A DNA stretch of 54,975 nt, taken from assembly GCA_027345565.1 (NCBI GenBank), contig DAHWIF010000002.1, positions 1-54,975 on the forward strand, read 5' to 3'. The notes under the pieces were generated by a model, which searched no databases, was not told the DNA's origin, and worked only from the letters and a program-made list of their open reading frames with translations. The DNA is from Candidatus Micrarchaeota archaeon. GTDB taxonomy: Archaea; Micrarchaeota; Micrarchaeia; Micrarchaeales; Micrarchaeaceae. Shown here in pieces: positions 1 through 8,488 of the stretch. A program made the translations under genes and the position numbers. Numbering within the stretch: the stretch's first letter is position 1; each line of letters begins with the position of its first letter.

Positions 1-493
1 CATAGACACGAGAGTCAGGGTCGCCGCATCGATGATTGCGAGGTATTCGCCTAAAGACGTGGTCGTAACCGCATCAAGGATTTATGCGATAGCCGCTGCA
101 GAGAGGTTCGCAGAGCTCATCGGAGCGAAGTTCATGAAGGGCAGGGTCACGCCCGGAGTGTTCACCAACCCGAACAGGGAGGACTTCACGGAGCCGAAGC
201 TTATAGTGATAAGCGACTCAAGGAACGAGAAGCAGGCGGTGAACGAGGCCAGCAAGGTCAACATGCCGATAATCGCGCTCAGCGACACGGACAACTCAAC
301 GAAGTTCATCGACCTCGTGATACCATGCAACAACCGCGGGCGCAAATCTCTCGCCTTCATATACTACCTGATGGCGAGAGAGGTACTAAAGAATAGGGGA
401 GAGATAAAGGCAGACCAGGAGTTCAACCACTCTATGGCAGAGTTCGAGGCCAAGGTGGAGGCCAAGCAGCTGAAGCAGGAGGCTGCGGCATAG
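1..493 (+). CDS. rps2: 30S ribosomal protein S2 (uS2), 5' truncated by window edge
   Basis: Frame open from position 2. Archaeal S2 motifs GRVTPGVFTNP, DTDN, DLVIPCNNRGRKSLA. Confidence 0.95.
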   Translation, partial: IDTRVRVAASMIARYSPKDVVVTASRIYAIAAAERFAELIGAKFMKGRVTPGVFTNPNREDFTEPKLIVISDSRNEKQAVNEASKVNMPIIALSDTDNSTKFIDLVIPCNNRGRKSLAFIYYLMAREVLKNRGEIKADQEFNHSMAEFEAKVEAKQLKQEAAA

Positions 494-552
494 ATACACT
501 GCGGGAAAACCGGATGCCGGCGAGCTCAGGAGCCCCTACTGATGCATATAGG

Positions 553-1422
553 TCATATGCCGGCAAACAGGATGGGCGAGACGAGATACCCCAAAAGTGC
601 GAGCCCCATCGCAGCCAGGCTTACATTCCTTGCGATCGCGTACGTTCTGTGATCTATCCTCATCATGCACGAGATAGCCACATACGCCAGAAGTGCGTCA
701 GCTGCCGCTATAGGGGCAAGGTAATACAGGTTGAACCTGAACGGGAAGATGAAGAAGAAGAGGAACACGCTTATCAGTATCGCCTCGAGATAGAGCACGA
801 ACGCGAGCTGCGCCGCCGTCACCTTGTTTATGTAGCGGAGCAGGTTCCTGCTCCCGCGCGCTTTGACATCCCCACGGTAATCGCGTATCATGCCGTGTAT
901 CTCCCTAGCAAGGCCGCTCAGGAATACGATGAAGAAGATGGCGACTATGCCTGGCCGCAGCGCATCGACCACGACGAGATTGCCGAATATGAATGGTATC
1001 GCCATCGCGAAAGCTATGTACATGTTGCCCAGCAGAAGCGTGTCCTTCAGCCTATAGCTGTAGAGGAATGCCAACGCGCCAAAGACTACAGCTATCGCGA
1101 ACGCATACGCGTTTATGAACGCGCTTGCAGCCAAGCCTATTAGCATGCATATCACCGAGATGTGAAGGGCGGATCTCCTGCTGATCTCGCCTCCGGTTAT
1201 CGGCCTGTCGAACCTCCTGTTCGCCCTGTCGGATTCCACGTCAAAATAGTCGTTTATGGCGAAGGACGACATGCTGATGAATACCGGTGCGACAAGGCTA
1301 AGCGCAAGCGCTATCGGCCCCGGCAGCCCGGAAGAGATGAGCTCAGCCGCTATCACAGCCACTACGAGCATCACGCTGTGCTCTATCCTCGTAAGCCTGA
1401 AAAATGCGCTGATCTTGCCCAT
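553..1422 (-). CDS. UbiA-family prenyltransferase, likely digeranylgeranylglyceryl phosphate synthase
   Basis: Multi-TM protein with NDYFDVESDRANR and REIHGMIRDYRGD aspartate-rich motifs and LYSYRLK. Confidence 0.85.
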   Translation of the reverse strand: MGKISAFFRLTRIEHSVMLVVAVIAAELISSGLPGPIALALSLVAPVFISMSSFAINDYFDVESDRANRRFDRPITGGEISRRSALHISVICMLIGLAASAFINAYAFAIAVVFGALAFLYSYRLKDTLLLGNMYIAFAMAIPFIFGNLVVVDALRPGIVAIFFIVFLSGLAREIHGMIRDYRGDVKARGSRNLLRYINKVTAAQLAFVLYLEAILISVFLFFFIFPFRFNLYYLAPIAAADALLAYVAISCMMRIDHRTYAIARNVSLAAMGLALLGYLVSPILFAGI

Positions 1423-1515
1423 CGGAAAACCAAATCTTTAACCCCTGGCTCAAGAAATCCCCGCATTTCAATGCGCAGATCAACAGGGCCGATACGAATC
1501 ATGTTATGTAGCAAG

Positions 1516-1523
1516 TATATAAA
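1516..1523 (+). promoter_or_regulatory. TATA box (TATATAAA)
   Basis: Consensus archaeal TATA about 22 nt before the ATG at 1546. Confidence 0.5.
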
Positions 1524-1545
1524 TATGAATCTCAATACCTGTTTT

Positions 1546-1683
1546 ATGGAATACAAATCGATAACATACCCGCAGGACAACGGCTTATTCATGATGGAGA
1601 AGAAGCTCATGGCGCAGAAACTCTTGATTGAAAGGATAGGCGGGGCGGGGATCGAACCGCACGGACTGGTGAAGGCAGGATAA
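1546..1683 (+). CDS. Small hypothetical protein (45 aa), possibly the first part of a frameshifted gene running to 1760
   Basis: ATG at leaderless spacing from the TATA box. MEYKSITYPQDNG...GLVKAG*. No recognisable family. Confidence 0.3.
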   Translation: MEYKSITYPQDNGLFMMEKKLMAQKLLIERIGGAGIEPHGLVKAG

Positions 1684-1749
1684 AGAATCTCGCGATAAAG
1701 ATGGAGGCAGGGAAGCACTACGCGATATTCACAACCGGAAGGGAGTCTT

Positions 1750-3414
1750 ATGGTGACTAGGGGCAGATTGCCTAAAAAGGACATAACCCTCAAACTGTCA
1801 TACCTGCTGCTCCTTGCGATACTCTCATTCTCCTCAGTGCTTTCGCTAGTATTTTTCCAGGGCATGAGCGTATGGGGCGACGACCCGTCCTACGCGCTGC
1901 TCATGCCAAGCATATACAACAACACCTTCAAAGAGACCGCGAACATATTCTCTGTACGGCCAGCGCTGCTGTATCCAATCGCATTTTTCTCGAAAGTGTT
2001 TGGATTCAGCGCGTTCGGCGCAGGTTTCTACGCGTTTGCAAGCTACCTCCTCTCAATAATCATCACGTTCCTCATAGGGAGAGCGCTCCACAGCAATAAG
2101 GGCGGATTGCTGGGCTCGCTCCTTTTCGCGATCTATCCTGGTATAATAAAAGCGAACAGCACCGCAGAGTCACTACTGCCGCTTGTTCTCTTCCTGAGCC
2201 TGGCCACCTTGCTGTTCATCTACGGTAAGAGGACCAAGAACAGGTGGTTCTACTTCCTCTCGGGAGCCTCAACCTTCGTCGGTGCGCTGATAAATCCTCT
2301 TGCGTATATATACGCGGTCTTTTTTGCCATTTATATAATCATGGATTTCGCCAGGTGCCTTGCCGCCAAAAATTGGAGGGCGCGCTACGGTTACCTGATG
2401 TACTTCGCCGGCTATGCCGTTGCTATACTCGCATGGGGAATCGTAAACGCCCACATCGCGTACAATGGCGGCCCGTTCTACGAGCTGACCTCAACCGGCA
2501 GCTACTTCGGCTCAGGCAGCGGGCAGATAGGAGTCTACTATCCGAATACCAGCCTTGTATATTACCCTCAGGGATTCTTCCCGTACAACTTCACAAGCGC
2601 AAGCTCGTTCTACGACCAGGCGTTCACGGAAAACGGAGCAATCATTACGTCAGGAGTAAACAATGAGGTTGGTTTCTTCGGCTATTTCGCAGTTATATTC
2701 GGGATATACCTCCTCGCGCTGCGAGACAAAAGGTATTATTTCCTGCTTGGGATGGCCGCATTCATCATCGGGTACCTCGAATTCGGTACGCAGAGCATAA
2801 CCCATTACCAGGCGATATTCAAGATCATGAGATATTCTGTGATAGCCGCCATGCCGATCGCCCTGATAACGGGCTTTGGCGTGCTGGATGCCAGTGCCAG
2901 GCTGTTCAAGAGGCGTTCTGTACTGCGGTGGGCATTCACATGGTCGATAGTCGCATTCCTGTTCGCAACCTCGCTGCCCCTCTATTATTTCTACTACATA
3001 TACAACTACAACTCGATGGTATACCCGAAAATGATAGCTGAGAGCCTGCTTGGCGCCCCTTCGCTCTCGAACTCATCGCTGTACGGGCCCATACTCACCA
3101 CCGCCTATGCCATCTACTACATGGGCTATCCGAAGATGAGGGCATTCGGCGTATACGGGACCGGTAAGAACGACACGCTTCTGCTCCAGTCATGCAGCTC
3201 CATCCCAAATGGCAGCTATGTCATCATACCAGATGCAGGCACCCTGGCAATCCTAAATTCCATAGGTCCGCTTATGATAAACGAGACTTGGGCGTACAAT
3301 CCCTCCAAGTGCAACATGACGCTATACGCCAGCCTGTATAATTACTCCAGGATTGACAGCATGGGGCTTTACGGCGAGAGCACGCTCACCGGGAACATAT
3401 ACCACAAAGGCTAG
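1750..3414 (+). CDS. GT-C membrane glycosyltransferase (ArnT/PMT, family 39-like)
   Basis: N-terminal TM followed by WGDDPSY, RP motif in the first loop, many TM segments, late RY motif, extracellular C-terminal domain. Confidence 0.75.
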   Translation: MVTRGRLPKKDITLKLSYLLLLAILSFSSVLSLVFFQGMSVWGDDPSYALLMPSIYNNTFKETANIFSVRPALLYPIAFFSKVFGFSAFGAGFYAFASYLLSIIITFLIGRALHSNKGGLLGSLLFAIYPGIIKANSTAESLLPLVLFLSLATLLFIYGKRTKNRWFYFLSGASTFVGALINPLAYIYAVFFAIYIIMDFARCLAAKNWRARYGYLMYFAGYAVAILAWGIVNAHIAYNGGPFYELTSTGSYFGSGSGQIGVYYPNTSLVYYPQGFFPYNFTSASSFYDQAFTENGAIITSGVNNEVGFFGYFAVIFGIYLLALRDKRYYFLLGMAAFIIGYLEFGTQSITHYQAIFKIMRYSVIAAMPIALITGFGVLDASARLFKRRSVLRWAFTWSIVAFLFATSLPLYYFYYIYNYNSMVYPKMIAESLLGAPSLSNSSLYGPILTTAYAIYYMGYPKMRAFGVYGTGKNDTLLLQSCSSIPNGSYVIIPDAGTLAILNSIGPLMINETWAYNPSKCNMTLYASLYNYSRIDSMGLYGESTLTGNIYHKG

Positions 3415-3423
3415 CCGCAGCAA

Positions 3424-3440
3424 ATGGCAAGGTTTGCCAT
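3424..3440. terminator. Short hairpin after the GT gene, possible terminator
   Basis: ATGGCAA-ggt-TTGCCAT perfect 7-bp stem 10 nt after the stop codon. Confidence 0.3.
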
Positions 3441-3488
3441 CGGCTCGCAGGGGATAAACTTTAATAATATGCATGTGAAGCTAGATAC

Positions 3489-6400
3489 ATGGTTCTGGCT
3501 CGCAAGGCACAGTCCGCCATAGAGTACCTCATAACCTACGGTTGGGCCATCCTGATAATACTTGTTGCTGTTTCGTTCCTGTATTATTATGTGTTGCAGC
3601 CAACCCTGCTCGCACCTGGCTCCTGCTCCTTCCAATCGCAGATATCGTGCAGGGACATAGTCCTCGCAGCCAATACTGCGACAAGCACCGCCAATATAAT
3701 AGTCATACTGACAAACGCGCAGTCATATCCGATAAAGAGCCCCGCGCTCATCGCCAACATAAACGGCACAAACACCAGCTCTGTGTCGTGCTCGCCGGGA
3801 TACGTGCCTGCTGGAGGCGCGGTGCTCTGCCAGCTCGGATTCACGCGAGCGCTCAACCTGAACTCTTTTGTTTCAGGCAAGCTCTACCTCAGCGCCTTGA
3901 ACTGCGGATTCGGCGCGAACTACACCGCAATAGCGTCCTGCGCAACATCGGTGAAGGAGACATACCTCGGGCTGTTTAGCGCCCACGCGCAGATCGTCTC
4001 GCCGAGCACCGCACTGACGCTATCGCTGACGAGCAGCAACAACGGCGGCACAGCCGGGACCAACTCCGTCGTCACGCTTTACGCGACCGTAAAGCTGCTG
4101 AACACCCCGCTCGGTGCCGCCCCGGTCAACTTCACAGAGAGCTCTGACATACCTGTGTTAAAGCCGCAGTACGCCACCACGAGCTCCACAGGCGTCGCAG
4201 TGAGCACTATAAAGAGCGCCACGCCGACATCGGTAACGGTGACAGCCAGCTCCTTCAGCGCTACGAATTCGATATCTATAGTGTTCGCAAGCACCACAAC
4301 GACCACCTTGCTGTACAGCACAACCCTTGTATCAAGCACATCCCTCACTACGATATCCGTATACACTTCGGTATCATCAACATCGCTCTCCACCACAACT
4401 ACAACCACTACGATAACTTATCTATACGTGGCAAACTACGGCAACAGCACAGCGAGCCAGGTAAACATGTCTACCGATGCGATTACCGGCACGATCGCCC
4501 ACCTATATTACCCAACAGGTATATCCTTGTCGCCAAACGAAGCCTACGCATACGTGGCAAACTACGGCAACAATACAGTTAGCATATTCAACACCTCAAC
4601 AGACACGATAATCGCTACAATCCCAGGCTTCCACACCCCATACGGCGTCGCCTTCTCTCCCACAAGCCCATACGCATACGTTACAAACTACGGCAACAGC
4701 ACGGTAAGCATAGTGCAGGCTACCACTACACCGACATTAGGAACCATTTCCAGATTCAATTACCCATACGGAGTCTCCTTCTCGCCCAACGGCGCCTACG
4801 CCTACGTAGCAAACTACAACAACAACACAGTCAGCATAGTCAGCACCTCGTCAAGATCGATAACAGGCACCATCACAGGCTTCAGCAGCCCAGCGGGAGT
4901 CTCCTTCTCGCCCAACGGCGCCTATGCATACGTTACAAACTACAACAACGACACGGTAAGCATAGTAAACACCTCAACAGATGGCAAGACAGGCACCATC
5001 ACAGGTTTCCACAACCCATGGGGAGTCTCCATCTCACCCAACGGCCTTTATGCTTATGTAGCAAACTACGGCAACAGCACAGTAAGCATAGTAAACACCA
5101 CTTCGAAGAGCATAGCCAGCGCTTTTATCACAACTGTAACAGGCACCACCGACCCATACGGAGTCTCCTTCTCGCCCAACGGCGCCTACGCCTATGTGAC
5201 TGATGGCAGCTATGATGTATATGCTTTTACACGCTGCTATACCTATAGTGGAGTTACGCGTTGCTATGATTATTACTACCACGACCCACAAATCGCTGTG
5301 GTATCAACTTCTACAAACTCCATCATAAGCACTTTCGCTATCCCAACGTCTAGCGTTACCGTCCTGCACATGTTTTACGGAGTCTCCATCGCCCCCTCCG
5401 GCGCCTACGCCTATGCGACAGATTATGACAACAGCACTGTGAGCATAATCAACACCTCATCGCAGACTGCGACAGGCACCCTCACAGGCTTCCACGATCC
5501 ATGGGGGGTCTCCATCGCCCCCTCCGGCGCCTACGCCTACGTAGCAAACTACGGCAACAGCACAGTAAGCATAGTAAACACCTCAACAGATGCCAAGACA
5601 GGCACCATCACAGGCACCTCATATCCAAACGGAGTCTCCTTCTCGCCCAACGGTGCCTACGCCTACGTAGCAAGCTACAACAACAACGAGGTCTATGTAA
5701 TTAGCACATCTACGGACTCAATTACAGCAACCCTAACAGGCTTCCACAACCCATACGGGGTCTCCTTCTCGCCCAACGGCGCCTATGCATATGTGGCAAA
5801 CTACGGCAACAGCACAGTAAGCATAGTCAACACGTCAACAGGAACCATAACAGGCACTCTCTCGGGAGTCTATTACCCATATTCGGTATCCATAGCACCT
5901 TCAGGTACCTATGCATATGTGGGAAACGCGGACTCCACACTTAGCGTAATCAAAGCTACTCCAAACGTTATAACAGGTACCATCACAGGCTTCAGCAGCC
6001 CAGCGGGAGTCTCCATCGCCCCCTCCGGCGCCTACGCCTACGTGGCAAACTATGGTGCTAGTACAGTAAGCATACTAAACACCACTTCAAGCTCGATAAC
6101 AGGCACCATTACGGGCGTCAGCAATCCATACGGAGTCTCCATCTCGCCCAACGGCGCCTACGCCTACGTCGATTACTATTACGATGAAATATTCAAAGTC
6201 AACACCACTTCTAAATCTGTTGTAGCAACCATATCGCATCCAAACTACCCATACGGAGTCTCCATCGCCCCCTCCGGCGCCTACGCCTACGTAGCAAACT
6301 ACGGCAACAGCACAGTCAGTGTCCTAAACACATCTACAGATACGATAGTAGGCCCAATCATAGGCACCATCACAGGCTTCTACTACCCATCTGGAGTCTC

Positions 6401-6878
6401 CATCGCCCCATCCGGTTCCTATGCATATGTGACAAACTTAGGCAACGGCACAATCAGCATAGTCAGCACCTCAACAGATACTAAGACGGGCACCATCACA
6501 GGCTTCGACAGCCCATACGGAGTCTCCTTCTCGCCCAACGGCGCCTACGCCTATGTTACCGATGGCAGCTATGATGTATACGTTAGTAGGACGTGCTATA
6601 CCTATAGTGGAGTTTTGCATTGCTATTATAATTACTACTACTATCCACAAATCTCTGTTGTGTCAACGTCCACAGATGCATACAATACTTACTACATCCC
6701 AACGTCTAGCGTTGACGTCCAGCACATGTTTTACGGAGTCTCCATCGCCCCCTCCGGCGCCTACGCCTACGCGACAGATTATGACAACAGCACGATGAGC
6801 ATAATCAACACCTCGTCGATGACTGCGACAGGCACCATCACAGGCTTCCACAACCCATGGGGGATAGCAACCCCGTGA
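3489..6878 (+). CDS. Pilin-like (class III signal peptide) surface protein with Ig-like domain, Ser/Thr linker and YVTN beta-propeller repeats
   Basis: RKAQSAIEYLITYGWAILII prepilin N-terminus, Big_1-like segment (VNFT...TTSSTGVA), poly-Thr/Ser linker, 18 blades of PxGVSxSPxGAYAYVxNY. TATA-like TTTAATAA at 3459-3466. Confidence 0.9.
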   Translation: MVLARKAQSAIEYLITYGWAILIILVAVSFLYYYVLQPTLLAPGSCSFQSQISCRDIVLAANTATSTANIIVILTNAQSYPIKSPALIANINGTNTSSVSCSPGYVPAGGAVLCQLGFTRALNLNSFVSGKLYLSALNCGFGANYTAIASCATSVKETYLGLFSAHAQIVSPSTALTLSLTSSNNGGTAGTNSVVTLYATVKLLNTPLGAAPVNFTESSDIPVLKPQYATTSSTGVAVSTIKSATPTSVTVTASSFSATNSISIVFASTTTTTLLYSTTLVSSTSLTTISVYTSVSSTSLSTTTTTTTITYLYVANYGNSTASQVNMSTDAITGTIAHLYYPTGISLSPNEAYAYVANYGNNTVSIFNTSTDTIIATIPGFHTPYGVAFSPTSPYAYVTNYGNSTVSIVQATTTPTLGTISRFNYPYGVSFSPNGAYAYVANYNNNTVSIVSTSSRSITGTITGFSSPAGVSFSPNGAYAYVTNYNNDTVSIVNTSTDGKTGTITGFHNPWGVSISPNGLYAYVANYGNSTVSIVNTTSKSIASAFITTVTGTTDPYGVSFSPNGAYAYVTDGSYDVYAFTRCYTYSGVTRCYDYYYHDPQIAVVSTSTNSIISTFAIPTSSVTVLHMFYGVSIAPSGAYAYATDYDNSTVSIINTSSQTATGTLTGFHDPWGVSIAPSGAYAYVANYGNSTVSIVNTSTDAKTGTITGTSYPNGVSFSPNGAYAYVASYNNNEVYVISTSTDSITATLTGFHNPYGVSFSPNGAYAYVANYGNSTVSIVNTSTGTITGTLSGVYYPYSVSIAPSGTYAYVGNADSTLSVIKATPNVITGTITGFSSPAGVSIAPSGAYAYVANYGASTVSILNTTSSSITGTITGVSNPYGVSISPNGAYAYVDYYYDEIFKVNTTSKSVVATISHPNYPYGVSIAPSGAYAYVANYGNSTVSVLNTSTDTIVGPIIGTITGFYYPSGVSIAPSGSYAYVTNLGNGTISIVSTSTDTKTGTITGFDSPYGVSFSPNGAYAYVTDGSYDVYVSRTCYTYSGVLHCYYNYYYYPQISVVSTSTDAYNTYYIPTSSVDVQHMFYGVSIAPSGAYAYATDYDNSTMSIINTSSMTATGTITGFHNPWGIATP
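4420..6875 (+). repeat. Intragenic tandem repeat array (about 126-bp units encoding YVTN blades)
   Basis: Recurrent near-identical DNA such as GGAGTCTCCTTCTCGCCCAACGGCGCCTA and GGAGTCTCCATCGCCCCCTCCGGCGCCTACGCCTA. Larger duplication about 5153-5507 vs 6512-6863. Confidence 0.9.
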
Positions 6879-6942
6879 TTTGCTGCGACCAGGTTGTTTT
6901 CGATGCTGCAGGCTGCTATTTTTCAGTGTTTCGGAGGTGCAT

Positions 6943-7035
6943 CTACAAATGGGGAGGCAGCAGCAATATCACATTCCCGAATGGCACGGCCATCACAACG
7001 CCCATGAAGCTCGGCGCAGCCAGTGGTATAGCGCT
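6943..7035 (-). pseudogene. Diverged duplicate of the 3' end of the prepilin peptidase gene
   Basis: Translates AIPLAAPSFMGVVMAVPFGNVILLLPPHL* vs PIPLAAPIFIGVVMAVLLGNLILLLLPL* at 8489-8580. A 19-bp core is identical (6984-7002 = 8527-8545). Confidence 0.8.
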
Positions 7036-7207
7036 ATTGTTCTTCAATGGCAACAAAGCTGGTTATGTATAATCAGCACCGCATGCGGCCTGTGGATACA
7101 CGGCTCCGTGGCACTGCTGCGGCGCTTATCTCTAGTGTGAGTAAGATTTAATAAAACTTACTCTTTATAAAAGAAAGATTTAAATAACTTGAGGGTAATA
7201 GGCTAGC

Positions 7208-8473
7208 ATGGCAAATGTTGAAGACCTCATGATGATAATCAAAGACCAGGAAGAGAAGATGAGAGCTGCGCTGCGCGCCAGCGATATAATCAAACGCGAG
7301 CTCGATGTTAAAAGCGCCTCCCTAAAAACCGGGGCTGCCCATATCATAACAGGGCCCAGACGCGCCGGGAAATCCGTGTTCGCATTCCAGCTCACAAGCA
7401 ATGAAAGACTCGGCTATATGAACTTTAACGATGAAAGGATCAGCATAAGCTCTGCAGAGCTGAATAAGGTGCTTGAGGCGATATACCGGCTCAAAGGGGA
7501 CACGAACCTATTGGTCTTCGATGAAATACAGGAAGTGCCTGGATGGGAGAGGTTTGTATCCGGGCTTGTCGATTCAAAAAGGGTAGTCATAACCGGCAGC
7601 AACGCCAGGATGATGAGCAGGGAGCTCGCGACTTATCTTACAGGCAGGCATGTAGACCATGTTCTGCTCCCTTTCAGCTTTAAGGAGTTTCTTTCTTATA
7701 AAGGCGTGAATGCAGAAACCAGCCCCTCCACTACGGAAAAGGCCAGAATACTGTCGATGTTAGATGAATATATGCGCATAGGAGGCTTCCCTCTAGCCAT
7801 AAAGAACGGCGACCAGTTTCTTGTCGATCTTTACAAGGATATCATCGAACGTGATGTGGCGCAGAGATATCGCATAAAGCTTACATCGAAACTGGCAGAC
7901 GCCGCAAGATACCTGATGACCAGTATCTCTAATGAGACTAGTTACAACAAACTAAGCAAAATGCTAGAGATAAGGGGCAAGCGTACGGTGCAAAACTGGA
8001 TCGGCTATATGGAAAGTGCGTATCTGCTGTTCAAGCTGGAGAGATTCTCTTTCAAGCTGAAAGAGGCGGTTATGGCACCGAAGAAGGTATACGCCATTGA
8101 TACTGGGATGGCTAGCACCATAGCCATGCGCGTCCCTAAAAGCGCGCTTATGGAGAACGCCGTTGCGATAGAGCTGCTGCGAAGGAAGAGCTATTACAAG
8201 AGAACGATGGAGATAAATTACTGGAAGGACCATTCGCAGAGAGAGGTGGATTTTGTGCTTAGGAACGGGGGCGAGGTGGCCGGGCTAATCCAGGTCACCT
8301 ACGCTTCGGAAAAATCAGAACTAAGGGAAAGGGAGACAAAATCGCTCATTGCTGCGAGCCACGAGCTTAAGTGCAATGACCTGCTGGTTATAACGTGGGA
8401 CTATGAAGGCGAGATAAAGGAAGCCGGTAAGAAAATAAAGCTCACTCCCATGTGGAAGTGGCTTTTAGGGTAG
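7208..8473 (+). CDS. AAA+ ATPase, COG1373 type (AAA_14 + DUF4143)
   Basis: Walker A GPRRAGKS, Walker B VFDEIQ, TGS, LTGR, GGFP, PKKVYAIDTG, EVDF. Promoter AAGATTTAAATA at 7175-7186. Confidence 0.9.
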   Translation: MANVEDLMMIIKDQEEKMRAALRASDIIKRELDVKSASLKTGAAHIITGPRRAGKSVFAFQLTSNERLGYMNFNDERISISSAELNKVLEAIYRLKGDTNLLVFDEIQEVPGWERFVSGLVDSKRVVITGSNARMMSRELATYLTGRHVDHVLLPFSFKEFLSYKGVNAETSPSTTEKARILSMLDEYMRIGGFPLAIKNGDQFLVDLYKDIIERDVAQRYRIKLTSKLADAARYLMTSISNETSYNKLSKMLEIRGKRTVQNWIGYMESAYLLFKLERFSFKLKEAVMAPKKVYAIDTGMASTIAMRVPKSALMENAVAIELLRRKSYYKRTMEINYWKDHSQREVDFVLRNGGEVAGLIQVTYASEKSELRERETKSLIAASHELKCNDLLVITWDYEGEIKEAGKKIKLTPMWKWLLG

Positions 8474-8488
8474 CGGCCTCCCGCCAAA

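Noticed and set aside
514-1143. Long alternative ORFs opposite or overlapping real genes (also 18949-19779, 22547-23425, 24168-24953, 24817-25635, 40707-41516, 51795-52634)
   Set aside because: These are shadow ORFs expected from codon bias on the opposite strand of well-supported genes, and they have no motifs.
1639-1660. tRNA-like T-arm on the minus strand (GCGGTTCGATCCCCGC)
   Set aside because: Stem and loop geometry are not canonical, and no acceptor, D or anticodon arm can be built.
1733-1746. SRP RNA helix-8-like CCGGAAGGGAG
   Set aside because: The flanking conserved CAGG and AGCA internal-loop bases and the rest of the SRP fold are missing.
5153-6863. DGR template/variable repeat pair within the adhesin
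   Set aside because: Both copies are in-frame coding, differences are not confined to adenines of either copy, and there is no reverse transcriptase in the window. A remote template cannot be excluded.
4420-6875. CRISPR-like regularly spaced repeats
   Set aside because: Units keep the reading frame and encode propeller blades; the intervening sequences resemble each other; no cas genes are present.
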